Notes under the pieces: generated by a model | Database searches by the model: none | The model's input: only the letters and a program-made list of their open reading frames with translations | What the model was told of the DNA's origin: nothing | Program-made: the position numbers and the translations under genes | In this document: positions 14,855 through 23,816 of the stretch, one piece after another | How the letters are laid out: the number at the start of each line of letters is the position of its first letter | How positions within the stretch are numbered: position 1 is the first letter of the stretch | NCBI GenBank assembly: GCA_013001695.1 | Contig: JABDMC010000201.1 | Location: 32,580-96,579 of the forward strand | From: Akkermansiaceae bacterium | GTDB taxonomy: Bacteria > Verrucomicrobiota > Verrucomicrobiia > Verrucomicrobiales > Akkermansiaceae | Reading direction: 5' to 3' | Length of the DNA stretch: 64,000 nt

Positions 14855-16807
14855 TCAGCCGCCGCCCTTCACGACCCGGTCGATGGCATGCTTGGTGATG
14901 ATATTTCCCTTCGCCCCCCTCCCCTTGAGCCCGATCTCCCCGAACCGGAAGGGCCGGCTGACGTTGCGCAGGCGCAGGGCGGGCTTCAGGTGCACCACGA
15001 CCTCGGTCTCTTCGCTCTCCTTCTCGGTGTCATGGACCGAGAAGTGGAAGACCCGCGTCCCCGGCGACCCCTTGCCGAGTTCGTAGACCTTGTCGCGGGT
15101 CACCCCCCCGACCTTGAAGCGCTTCGCCAGCACCGGCCCGCTGCGCCCGTCCCGGTAGATCATGCAGTAGATCTTGGGATCGTCCTTCCGGAAGACCGCC
15201 ACGTGCACCGGCCGTTTCCCGACGAAGGCCTTGTCGGCGACCTTCACGACCCGCATCTGCGCGTCCTGCGAAAAGGCGATGATGTCATCGATCCGCGAGC
15301 ACTTCTCGATGGCCTTCTCCTTCTTCAGGCTCCATCCCGCAAAGCCGTTCTTCTCGTCAAGGTAAAGCGTCTCGGTGGCCGCCACCACCTGCGACCGGTC
15401 CACCCGCTCGAACTCGGAGACCACCGTGCGCCGCTCCCGCCCCTTCCCGTGGGTCTTCTTGAGGTTCTCGAAGTAGCGCACCGCGTAGCGCGTCAGGTTC
15501 TTGAGGTTCTTCTCGGTCTCCGCGATGGCGTCCTCCAGCCCCTTGATCTCCTCGTCCGCCCGGAAGCTGTCGAACTTCGAGATCCGCTTGATCTTGATCT
15601 CGGTGAGCCGAACGATGTCGTCGCGCGTGATGGCCCGCTTGAAGAGCTTCTTGTACTTCTTCAGGCCCTTGTCGATCGTCTCGATGACGCTCTCCCACGT
15701 CTCGCATTCCTCGATGTCGCGGTAGATGCGCTTCTCGATGAAGATCTTCTCGAGCGAACTGAAATGCCACTTCTCCTGGAGTTCGCCGAGGCGGATCTCG
15801 AGCTCGAGCTTCAGGAGGTCCTTGGTCTGCAGCGCGCAGCGTTTCAGGATCTCCGAAACCCCGAGGAATTGCGGCTTTCCGTCCGCGATCACGCAGGCAT
15901 TCGGGGAAATGCTGACCTCGCAGTCGGTGAACGCGTAGAGCGCGTCCCGCGCCGTCTCGGGGTCGGTCCCCGCCGGGAGGTGCACCAGGATGTCGGCCTC
16001 GCCGGCGGTGTTGTCCTCGATCTTCGCAATCTTGATCTTCCCCTTCTCGTTGGCGCTCACCACCGAGTCCATCAGCGAGGTGGTCGTCACCCCGTAGGGA
16101 ACCTCCACGATCCGCAGGAGCTTCTTCTTCTCGATCTCGACCTTGGCCCGGACGCGCAGGCGCCCGCCGCGCAGGCCGTCGTTGTACTCGCTGGCGTCCA
16201 TGATCCCGCCCGTCGCGAAGTCCGGGACCAGTTCGACCTTCTTCTTGCGCAGGGCCGCGATGCAGGCGTCCACCAGCTCGATGAAGTTGTGCGGCAGGAT
16301 CTTGCACGCGAGGCCCACCGCGATTCCCTCCGCCCCCTGCGCGAGCAGCAGCGGAAACTTCATCGGCAGGGTCACGGGCTCGTCGTTGCGCCCGTCGTAG
16401 CTCTTGGTCCACTGGGTGGTCTTCTTGTTGAAGGCGACCTCCAGCGCGAATCTCGTGAGGCGCGCCTCGATGTAGCGCGCCGCCGCGGCCGGATCACCCG
16501 TCAGGGTGTTGCCCCAGTTCCCCTGGGTGTCGATCAGGAGCTCCTTCTGCCCGAGACCCACGATGGCGTCCTTGATGGCGACATCCCCGTGCGGGTGATA
16601 CTTCATGGTGTCGCCCACCACGTTCGCCACCTTGTTGTAGCGCCCGTCCTCCAGCATCCGCATGGCGTGCAGGATCCGCCGCTGCACCGGCTTCAGCCCG
16701 TCCCCGAGGTGCGGCACGGCCCGCTCCAGGATCACGTAACTCGCGTAATCGAGGAAGTAGTCGGAGTACATCTCCCCAAGGCTGACGTGCTCCTCCGCCT
16801 TGCTCAT
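14855..16807 (-). CDS. parC: DNA topoisomerase IV subunit A (type IIA topoisomerase A subunit, short form)
   Basis: 650 aa. N-terminal signature ...YASYVILERAVPHLGDGLKPVQRRILHAM...GDTMKYHPHGD...IEARL (the catalytic Tyr region AARYIE). Paired with a ParE-type B subunit 1 kb away. Confidence 0.88.
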   Translation of the reverse strand: MSKAEEHVSLGEMYSDYFLDYASYVILERAVPHLGDGLKPVQRRILHAMRMLEDGRYNKVANVVGDTMKYHPHGDVAIKDAIVGLGQKELLIDTQGNWGNTLTGDPAAAARYIEARLTRFALEVAFNKKTTQWTKSYDGRNDEPVTLPMKFPLLLAQGAEGIAVGLACKILPHNFIELVDACIAALRKKKVELVPDFATGGIMDASEYNDGLRGGRLRVRAKVEIEKKKLLRIVEVPYGVTTTSLMDSVVSANEKGKIKIAKIEDNTAGEADILVHLPAGTDPETARDALYAFTDCEVSISPNACVIADGKPQFLGVSEILKRCALQTKDLLKLELEIRLGELQEKWHFSSLEKIFIEKRIYRDIEECETWESVIETIDKGLKKYKKLFKRAITRDDIVRLTEIKIKRISKFDSFRADEEIKGLEDAIAETEKNLKNLTRYAVRYFENLKKTHGKGRERRTVVSEFERVDRSQVVAATETLYLDEKNGFAGWSLKKEKAIEKCSRIDDIIAFSQDAQMRVVKVADKAFVGKRPVHVAVFRKDDPKIYCMIYRDGRSGPVLAKRFKVGGVTRDKVYELGKGSPGTRVFHFSVHDTEKESEETEVVVHLKPALRLRNVSRPFRFGEIGLKGRGAKGNIITKHAIDRVVKGGG

Positions 16808-16927
16808 CGCCTCGCCTCCATCCTGGTCTCCACTCGGTTCTCCTTCAACGATTTACGCTCAATTGCACACTCACCCGCGCCTTCACCGGCGCCCCCCCGG
16901 GCCGCACCGCCTCGCACTCCCCGAAGC

Positions 16928-16941
16928 TTAAGAACTCTTAA
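16928..16941. promoter_or_regulatory. AT-rich palindrome TTAAGA-AC-TCTTAA upstream of parC
   Basis: Exact 6-2-6 inverted repeat, 121 bp upstream of the parC ATG. Confidence 0.3.
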
Positions 16942-16973
16942 CCACCCCCGCAAGCCTCTTTCCACTCCCCTCA

Positions 16974-17003
16974 CATAGTTTGTTACACCTGTAACAAACT
17001 ATG
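16974..17003. promoter_or_regulatory. perfect 30-bp palindrome CATAGTTTGTTACA-CC-TGTAACAAACTATG
   Basis: The 14-bp arms are exact reverse complements with a 2-bp spacer. It is AT-rich in a GC-rich context and lies between the parC start (16807) and the stop of the small membrane-protein gene (17058). Confidence 0.45.
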
Positions 17004-17057
17004 AACGCGAGGTGGTGGGTGGGATGGTGGAATCGGAGGAACGGCGGCCCGATCCCG

Positions 17058-17378
17058 CTAATTCACGAGGGCCGTCACGCAGGAGGCGATGATTCCGAGC
17101 GCCCCAATCAACCAGAGCCCGGCCAGGATTCGTGCCGCTCGTTTCGTCAGGAGACCGAGGACGCTGAGTCCCGCGAACAGAATGACCGGGGGCACCCCCA
17201 CCGCGGTCGCCAACCAGCGGCCGTCGATGTCCGGCAACAGTCCCGCCGCGGCCATCGAGGCGAGGTAGGCCGGCATCCACGACCAAATCATGATTTGCCG
17301 GCTCAAGCCGTCCGGGGAAGCCTGGGATCCGCCCGATGGAAAGCGCTTTCGGCTCGGGTTTGGATCTCGCACTTCCAT
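17058..17378 (-). CDS. small integral membrane protein (about 3 TM), unknown function
   Basis: Internal ATG at 17378: MEVRDPNPSRKRFPSGGSQ...IMIWSWMPAYLASMAAAGLL...VGVPPVILFAGLSVLGLL...ILAGLWLIGALGIIASCVTALVN. The upstream part of the track ORF overlaps the neighbouring gene. Confidence 0.5.
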   Translation of the reverse strand: MEVRDPNPSRKRFPSGGSQASPDGLSRQIMIWSWMPAYLASMAAAGLLPDIDGRWLATAVGVPPVILFAGLSVLGLLTKRAARILAGLWLIGALGIIASCVTALVN

Positions 17379-17400
17379 GAAAATTGAAGCTCTCGGATTC

Positions 17401-17742
17401 CTACCCTTGAGTCGCCGCGATGACGAGGCCCGTTCCGGTGAGCAGGGCCCCGGTGTAGGCTGCGGCGGTGATCCTGGCCCAGACCGGTCCACCCATGCGG
17501 CCGACGGTGACGGCGAGGGTGGCGAGCATGGGGCCGGCGAGGAGGCACATGATGGTCCAGAGCCCGCTGACCGTGGACAGAACCAGCCAGACGATGGCAG
17601 TCATCGCGAGGATCACGAGAAGCGCGGAGCGGTCGCACTTCGCGAGCGGCGCCCTGATGAAGCGCCCCTTCCCCCGCCCTTTTGCCGGGGACGGCAGGTA
17701 ATCCGGCTTGGGCTGCTGAATGCGCCCCACGTTCATCCCCAT
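17401..17742 (-). CDS. small integral membrane protein (about 3 TM), unknown function
   Basis: Internal ATG at 17742 or 17736: MGMNVGRIQQPKPDYLPSPAKGRGKGRFIRAPL...SALLVILAMTAIVWLVLSTVSGLWTIMCLLAGPMLATLAVTV...ITAAAYTGALLTGTGLVIAATQG. Confidence 0.5.
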   Translation of the reverse strand: MGMNVGRIQQPKPDYLPSPAKGRGKGRFIRAPLAKCDRSALLVILAMTAIVWLVLSTVSGLWTIMCLLAGPMLATLAVTVGRMGGPVWARITAAAYTGALLTGTGLVIAATQG

Positions 17743-17861
17743 CGTTCCGATTCCAGAGTACCCTCGTTTCATATGAAAGGCAGCATATCCGGCCCTCCCG
17801 CCGCAACCATTACAAGCGGAGGTCACCTTTGGAGCGCCCCCGGGAATTCCGGCTTCCTCCG

Positions 17862-19712
17862 CTAGACCTCCGCCCGGTCGATGTCCTCGCGCAGGTTGTC
17901 CATGATGTATCCCTGCCGGTCCGGCGTGTTCTTGCCCATGTAGAAGGCGAGCATCTCCTTCACGCCCTTGCCCTCTTCCATGCGGACCGGATCAAGACGC
18001 ATGTCGGGGCCGATCATGAACTTGAATTCGTCGGGGGAAATTTCGCCGAGGCCCTTGAAGCGGGTGATCTCGGCGCCCTTTCCGAGGGCCGCGAGGGCCT
18101 CGTCCTTTTCCTCCTCGCTGTAGCAATAGCGGGTTTCCTTCCTGGTGCGCACCCGGAAGAGCGGCGTCTGCAGGATGTAGAGGTGCTCCTCGCGGATGAT
18201 CTCGGGGAAGAACTGCAGGAAGAAGGTGAGGAGCAGGAGGCGGATGTGCATCCCGTCGACATCGGCATCGGTGGCGATCACCACCCGGTTGTAGCGGAGG
18301 TCCTCGAGGTGCACCTCGATCCCGAGGGCGGCCTGCAGGAGGGCGAACTCCTCGTTCTCGTAGACCACCTTCCGGGCGAGGGCGTAGGAATTCAGCGGCT
18401 TGCCGCGCAGCGAGAAGACCGCCTGGGTTTCGACATCGCGGCATTTCGTGATCGATCCGCTGGCGCTGTCCCCTTCCGTGATGAAGACCGTGGAGGCGGC
18501 GCGCTTCTTGTGCTTGGTGTTCCAGTGGGCGCGGCAGTCACGGAGCTTCTTGTTGTGGACCTTGACCTGCTTGGCGCGGTCCCGGGCGAGCTTCTTGACG
18601 CCCTTGAGCTCCTTCCGCTCGCGCTCCGCGGCGAGGATCCGGGCCTGGATGGCCTCGGCCGCCTTGGGATTCTTGTGGAGGTAGTTGTCGAGCTGTTCGC
18701 GCAGGAAGTTCAGGATGTAGGTGCGGACCGTCTCGCCCCCCGGGGCCATGTGGGTGCTGCCGAGTTTCGTCTTCGTCTGGCTCTCGAAGACGGGCTCCTC
18801 GACGCGCACCAGGACCGCGGCCTCGATGCCGGCGCGGATGTCGGCGGGTTCGTACTGCTTCTTGAAGAAGTCCCGGAGGACCTTCACGAGCGACTCGCGG
18901 AAGGCCGCGAGGTGCGTCCCTCCCTGCGTGGTGTGCTGGCCGTTGACGAAGGCGTAGTATTCCTCGCCGCCCGAGGGGGTGTGCACGAAGGCCACTTCCA
19001 TGTCCTTCCCGGAGAGGTGCACCGGCTCGTAGAGCGGCTCCTCTTCCATCTCCTCCTTCAGGAGGTCGAGCAGGCCGTTCTTCGATCTGAACTTCTTCTT
19101 GTTGAAGACGAGGGTCAGCCCGGGATTCAGGTAGGCATAGTAACGGCACATCTTCTCGACGACCTCGGTCTTGAACTTCGCCTTCGTCGGGAAGATGCCG
19201 CGGTCGATCTCGAAGGCGAGGCGCGTGCCCGGCTTGGTCTTGGCGGCGGCGCGGGGCCGCTTCATCTCCTCGACGACTTCCCCCCGGGCGAACTCGATGG
19301 CCTTGGTCTTGCCCTCCCGCCATGCCTGGATCTCGAAGAAATCGCTCAGGGCGTTCACGGCCTTGATCCCGACGCCGTTGAGGCCCACGGACTTCTTGAA
19401 GGCCTCGCTGTCGTACTTCGCCCCGGTGTTGATCCTGGCGGCGCAGTCCATGAGCTTCCCGAGGGGGATGCCCCGCCCGAAGTCGCGGACCTCCACGCGG
19501 CCCTCCTCGTCGATCTCGATGTGGACCTCCTTCCCGTGTCCCATGATGAACTCGTCGACGGCGTTATCGATGACCTCCTTCAGCAGGATGTAGATCCCGT
19601 CGTCGGAGCTGCTCCCGTCCCCGAGCTTCCCGATGTACATCCCGGGGCGGAGCCGGATGTGCTCCCGCCAGTCGAGGCTCTTGATGTCCGCCTCGGTGTA
19701 GCTCGCTGCCAT
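17862..19712 (-). CDS. parE: DNA topoisomerase IV subunit B
   Basis: 616 aa. GHKL ATPase motifs ([26 protein letters not shown]). Toprim motifs ([25 protein letters not shown]). Tail [11 protein letters not shown]. Confidence 0.9.
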   Translation of the reverse strand: MAASYTEADIKSLDWREHIRLRPGMYIGKLGDGSSSDDGIYILLKEVIDNAVDEFIMGHGKEVHIEIDEEGRVEVRDFGRGIPLGKLMDCAARINTGAKYDSEAFKKSVGLNGVGIKAVNALSDFFEIQAWREGKTKAIEFARGEVVEEMKRPRAAAKTKPGTRLAFEIDRGIFPTKAKFKTEVVEKMCRYYAYLNPGLTLVFNKKKFRSKNGLLDLLKEEMEEEPLYEPVHLSGKDMEVAFVHTPSGGEEYYAFVNGQHTTQGGTHLAAFRESLVKVLRDFFKKQYEPADIRAGIEAAVLVRVEEPVFESQTKTKLGSTHMAPGGETVRTYILNFLREQLDNYLHKNPKAAEAIQARILAAERERKELKGVKKLARDRAKQVKVHNKKLRDCRAHWNTKHKKRAASTVFITEGDSASGSITKCRDVETQAVFSLRGKPLNSYALARKVVYENEEFALLQAALGIEVHLEDLRYNRVVIATDADVDGMHIRLLLLTFFLQFFPEIIREEHLYILQTPLFRVRTRKETRYCYSEEEKDEALAALGKGAEITRFKGLGEISPDEFKFMIGPDMRLDPVRMEEGKGVKEMLAFYMGKNTPDRQGYIMDNLREDIDRAEV

Positions 19713-20046
19713 TACTTAACTTTCCTTAACCATCGCCCCGAGGTCAAGCCCGGGGAACCGCCGGGGCGGAGCCAATCCAGGTCCGGGCCCAATAAACATG
19801 GTGCGGCGCTTCCCGCGTGCGCAAGGAAAGTCCGTGACAGCGGCAGGCCGGTTGCCTTCCGCGGGCCCGGCGCCGGGGCGCACCCAGCGGTCTCCTCGCG
19901 AGTTCATCATCGGTACGGACCGCCCAGCCGCTCCCCCGGGGGCCCGGCCCGTCATGCGCCCGGTCGAGGCAAACCGTCAGCCTCCCCGAAAGGACGCCCC
20001 CGCGTTGGCGATGGCCTGCGAGGGCGCGATTCCGGCAGCCGGACAA

Positions 20047-22620
20047 TCAGGGGTTGCTGACCTGGTAGAAGTTCTTCGGTTTTCCGGAGATGCTGCCATC
20101 GGGGAAATCGAAGACGTAGATCCCGGAGCCGACCGGATCCTCGAAGCCGTTCACGCCGGGGTCGAAGGTCAGGAGCTGGGTGAAGGGAATGGTCTCGGTG
20201 AGGTCCGGGGTGGAGTTCAGGCTGTAGGTCGTCCCCGGGGAAACATTGGCGATGCTCATGTTCACCGTCCCGCCGCCGAAGTCGGGGGTGATGGTGAGGA
20301 TCTGCGGCGAATCGGGGATGACCACCTGGTTGGCCGCACCCGGCGTGGGCGCCTGCGCCACGAAGGACCCGGTCCCGTCCGGAACCCGGGAGTTGGAAGT
20401 CGCATTGTTGGTGGATCCCTCGTCATACTGGGGCCCGCCGAAGGCCGCGATCAAGCCCGCGTCGTCCCCGTCGGCGGTGCCGTAGACCATGGCGTCGACG
20501 AGGACGTTCGAGACGGACCCGGGAGCAGTGTCGTTCGGAAAGTCCACCTCGCTCCCCACGTAGATGGCCACCGCATCGGGGCCGTTCTGGATGGCATTCG
20601 AGGCGGGGAAGTTGGCCGGGGTGTAGGCCCCGGGGGCGTTGCCGACCACGAGGTAGCCGTTCGCCGGGATGGTCTGGCCGGTCAGGTCGAAGGCGTTGTA
20701 GGAGGCGTCGTCGCTCCCGTTGAAGAGGACGAGCACGAGTCCGTCCAGCGACTCGGCATTCCCGGTGAGGTTGTAGAGCTCGATGAACTCGGTGGTGTCG
20801 GTTCCGGGCTGGTCGGCATCGACCTCGTTGATCACGAGGCCGGTGAAGGCCGGCGTGTCGCCGTCGTCAGTGACATCGACGGTGGTGGTGCCGTTGGTGT
20901 AGCCGGAAGCGAACGCAGAGAGGGTCACGGTCTGCGTCCCATCAACGAGCACATCATCCACGGCGTCGAGCGGGATGTCGGCGGAAGTCAGGCCGGCGGA
21001 GATGAAGGCGCCGGGAAACTGCGGCACGACTTCCCCTTCGTCGCCGGTCTCGAGGAAGACGAGGAGGTCGGTGGCGAGGGGGGCCGGGATGGACACCGTG
21101 GCGGTGGCCGCTCCCGCACCGGCGTTCTCGGCAAAGCTGCCGGGGGTCACGCTGAGGGTCAGGGCCTGCGCGGGGGCCGGGCAGAAGGCCGTGCCGGCCA
21201 CGGTCGTGCCCGGGGAGAACTGGTTGGCGGCGTTGGCGGCGATCACGGTGTGGCGATCGTAACCGGAGGCGGCGTCGGCATCGGTGTTCAGGTTGTAGGA
21301 CCCGAGTTCGGGATCGCCGCTGACATTGGGAGTCCGGACTTCGTGCCGCACGCCGCTACTGGCGTCGACGATGCTGACGGTGTCGCCGGAATCGGTGAGG
21401 AAGAGGAGGCCCTCGCTGGATTTCTGGACCTCGGCGTTGCCGAAGGCCCCCGCCACCGTGCCCTGGAAGAAATCGCCGCCGCCGAACACCACCAGGGCGC
21501 ATCCCGGCTGGAGAATGGTGCCGTCCGTGAAGAAGTGGATGTCGCGGACTGCGTCGGTCAACTTGGCGCCCGTCAGATCGACGGGGCTGGCGGTGACGTT
21601 GACGATCTCGATGAACTCGTCGGCGGCATTCCCAATCGTTCCATCCCCGTTGGCGTCCCCCGCCGTGGTGTCCGGGCGCGAATAGATTTCATTGAGGACG
21701 AGGGAAAAACTGTCGCCGGCATCGTCGGTCACGTCGAGGGTGGCGGTGTCGCCGAAGGCTGCGGGGGCGCTGACCTCGAAGGTCACGGTCTGGGTTCCGT
21801 CGGGAAAGAGATCATCGACGGCATCGATGTCGAAGGTGGCGGACGACATGCCGTCAAGAATGGTCACGGTCCCCACGACCGGGACGGCTTCGGTGGCATC
21901 GTCGCCGGTGATGGTGACCTCGAGGTCGCCGGTGGTGCCGGGGCGGCTGACGGTGCCCACCGCCGCCGCGAATCCAGCGGACTCCGCGACCGACGCTGGC
22001 GAGATACCCAGGGTGAGGGGCACCGCGGTGGGATTCGCCGCCCGGGGCGTGGCCGAGGGAGCGGGCCGGGGGCTGAACTCCAGGAACAGCGGAGTCGTTC
22101 CGCCATCCGGCGTCAGGTAGTAGCCGGCGGGAAGAAAGGTGCCGTCGGGCCCCACGGTGAGGTCGGGCGTGATCCCGAGGCCCGCCTCGTTGGCGGCATC
22201 GCCCGCCCCGCCATCCGTCACGAAGACGGAGTAAATGTTCGTCCCCACAGGGTCTTCCAGGATGAGCGTGAAGGAGGAGTTCTCGAACGTGTTGTTGGGG
22301 ATCGAGACGTCAACGATGGTGGGCGGGAAGACGTTCACGAACTCCGGACTGGCGAGCAGGAAGTGGGCGCCGGCGCCGATGCTCCGGCCAGCCGGGATGG
22401 TGACCGTCTTGTCGAGGGTTCCAAACGCCGCACCGCTGTCACTCTCATAGACCTTCAGGGTCCAGTCGCTGAGGTCGATGGCCGCGGCGGTGGGGTTGTA
22501 GAGCTCGATAAACTCCGTGTCGGTGCTGGTGGTATTTACGAGCAGCTCATTGATGACGAGCTGGGCGTGGGCGTGGACGGCGAGGGCCGCGACAGCCGCG
22601 GCGGAGAGGAGTGTCTTCAT
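20047..22620 (-). CDS. secreted protein with three lamin-tail domains (LTD) separated by Calx-beta/Ig-like modules
   Basis: ATG at 22620 gives the signal peptide MKTLLSAAAVAALAVHAHAQ. Three LTD signatures: LVINELLVNTTSTDTEFIELYNPTAAAIDLSDWTL, LVLNEIYSRPD...ADEFIEIVNVTASPVDLTGAKL and LVINEVDADQPGTDTTEFIELYNLTGNAESLDGLVL. Between them are ...TVTFEVS...ATLDVTDD-type modules. Confidence 0.75.
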   Translation of the reverse strand: MKTLLSAAAVAALAVHAHAQLVINELLVNTTSTDTEFIELYNPTAAAIDLSDWTLKVYESDSGAAFGTLDKTVTIPAGRSIGAGAHFLLASPEFVNVFPPTIVDVSIPNNTFENSSFTLILEDPVGTNIYSVFVTDGGAGDAANEAGLGITPDLTVGPDGTFLPAGYYLTPDGGTTPLFLEFSPRPAPSATPRAANPTAVPLTLGISPASVAESAGFAAAVGTVSRPGTTGDLEVTITGDDATEAVPVVGTVTILDGMSSATFDIDAVDDLFPDGTQTVTFEVSAPAAFGDTATLDVTDDAGDSFSLVLNEIYSRPDTTAGDANGDGTIGNAADEFIEIVNVTASPVDLTGAKLTDAVRDIHFFTDGTILQPGCALVVFGGGDFFQGTVAGAFGNAEVQKSSEGLLFLTDSGDTVSIVDASSGVRHEVRTPNVSGDPELGSYNLNTDADAASGYDRHTVIAANAANQFSPGTTVAGTAFCPAPAQALTLSVTPGSFAENAGAGAATATVSIPAPLATDLLVFLETGDEGEVVPQFPGAFISAGLTSADIPLDAVDDVLVDGTQTVTLSAFASGYTNGTTTVDVTDDGDTPAFTGLVINEVDADQPGTDTTEFIELYNLTGNAESLDGLVLVLFNGSDDASYNAFDLTGQTIPANGYLVVGNAPGAYTPANFPASNAIQNGPDAVAIYVGSEVDFPNDTAPGSVSNVLVDAMVYGTADGDDAGLIAAFGGPQYDEGSTNNATSNSRVPDGTGSFVAQAPTPGAANQVVIPDSPQILTITPDFGGGTVNMSIANVSPGTTYSLNSTPDLTETIPFTQLLTFDPGVNGFEDPVGSGIYVFDFPDGSISGKPKNFYQVSNP

Positions 22621-22758
22621 GGGCAGAGCGGGGCGGAGGCTGGCAGGGCGCATGGCCGGTGGATCTACAGGCCGGGGCGCACGAGGTCAAGTTACCCGCG
22701 GAACCCGGGATGGGAACAAGAATCCAGCAACGATCATGCCATCAGAAACCTGTAAACC

Positions 22759-22788
22759 AAAACAGGGACGCGGACGCGTCCCTGTTTT
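22759..22788 (-). terminator. intrinsic terminator (13-bp perfect stem, 4-nt loop, U-run)
   Basis: AAAACAGGGACGC-GGAC-GCGTCCCTGTTTT. It lies 25 nt downstream of the stop of the M15 peptidase gene (22814). Confidence 0.75.
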
Positions 22789-22813
22789 GCAAAGGTTAAT
22801 TTCTTCCGGCGCC

Positions 22814-23461
22814 TTACCAGTCGGCGTTGTAGCCGCGGGTGTCGATGTGGGTGAAGCCGGAGTAACGGCCCACGCCACCGCGGAACTTGCCTTCCTCGCG
22901 GACACTGCGGGCCACGCGGGCCACCGTGTAGGGGGAGGCATGGAACTGCAGGTCGAGCGCGTAGTTCTGCTTGTGGAAGGAGTTCGGCATGGCGCCGCGG
23001 CATCGCGCGTTGTAGGCGGGGCTGCGGTAAGCGGACGTGACGACCTGCACGGAAGAACCGAGACGGGCCGCGACCTCGTCGGCAACGAGGAGGGTGCGCT
23101 TCATGTTGCGCCAGTACTGGCGGGGCGGGATGGTATTCCAGACGCTGCCCTTGCGGCGTGCATGGGCGGCGATGATATCTTCGACTCCGAGGTGGCGGAA
23201 GCGAAGGCTGGACAGGTAGCGAGCGTAAGCGTGCAACTCGTTTCCCTGCCGGGCAACCCACTCACGGGGCAGGCGGCTGGTATCGAGATTGCTACGGCTC
23301 CGGAAGAGCGAGAACGCGTCGGCGGATCCACTACCGGCCAGAAGGCCGCCGGCGGTCGCAATCGTCGTTGCGAGGAAGGATCGCCGGGAGGTAGAGGATG
23401 AACAGGGTGTAAGGGTGGATCGGGAAGATCTCCGCAGGGGTATTTCGGACATCACTCGCAT
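22814..23461 (-). CDS. Tat-exported peptidase M15A family protein (YcbK/MepK, DUF882-like)
   Basis: Twin-arginine signal ...TSRRSFLATTIATAGGLLAGSGSADA. Motifs TSAYRSPAYN, NSFHKQNYALDL and GGVGRYSGFTHIDTRG...W match the YcbK/DUF882 metal-binding pattern. The start is ambiguous (ATG at 23461 or 23452). Confidence 0.7.
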   Translation of the reverse strand: MRVMSEIPLRRSSRSTLTPCSSSTSRRSFLATTIATAGGLLAGSGSADAFSLFRSRSNLDTSRLPREWVARQGNELHAYARYLSSLRFRHLGVEDIIAAHARRKGSVWNTIPPRQYWRNMKRTLLVADEVAARLGSSVQVVTSAYRSPAYNARCRGAMPNSFHKQNYALDLQFHASPYTVARVARSVREEGKFRGGVGRYSGFTHIDTRGYNADW

Positions 23462-23816
23462 GATCGCAGGAACAGGCCCACATGCCCAGCACATTTTTGC
23501 TTAATCACAACCAATGGCAAGATGCTGCGTAAGGCCGAATGATCCGCAGAAGTTTTCCTGTTAGGATGCGGCGAAAATGTGAGAAACCATGGGAGTATCC
23601 AGCTAAATAGTCAGAATATTCTTATAAAAAATACGGCCTTATTATCATTATTTACGTGCTGATTTTTTAGAGAATGCGCCCCCCCGGTTTGCCGACTTCA
23701 GACAAGGCCCGTTCCGGCGCTTGCGCCGGGGGCGCGCCTCGGGTCTGCTCCGGGGCGTGAAGGAGAAGCGCTCCGCCGGTCCGCGTCGTTGGCGCAGGAG
23801 CGTTCTCCCGGCGGGG

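Noticed and set aside
16974-17003. dif (XerC/XerD) site next to the topo IV genes
   Set aside because: dif sites are imperfect 11-6-11 structures. This is a perfect 14-2-14 palindrome with no resemblance to the dif consensus as I remember it.
19713-20046. Small ORFs in the parE upstream gap (19716..19955, 19744..20046 on the minus strand)
   Set aside because: Their composition is Arg/Gly/Pro-rich with no motifs, and they overlap one another. They are treated as non-coding promoter region.
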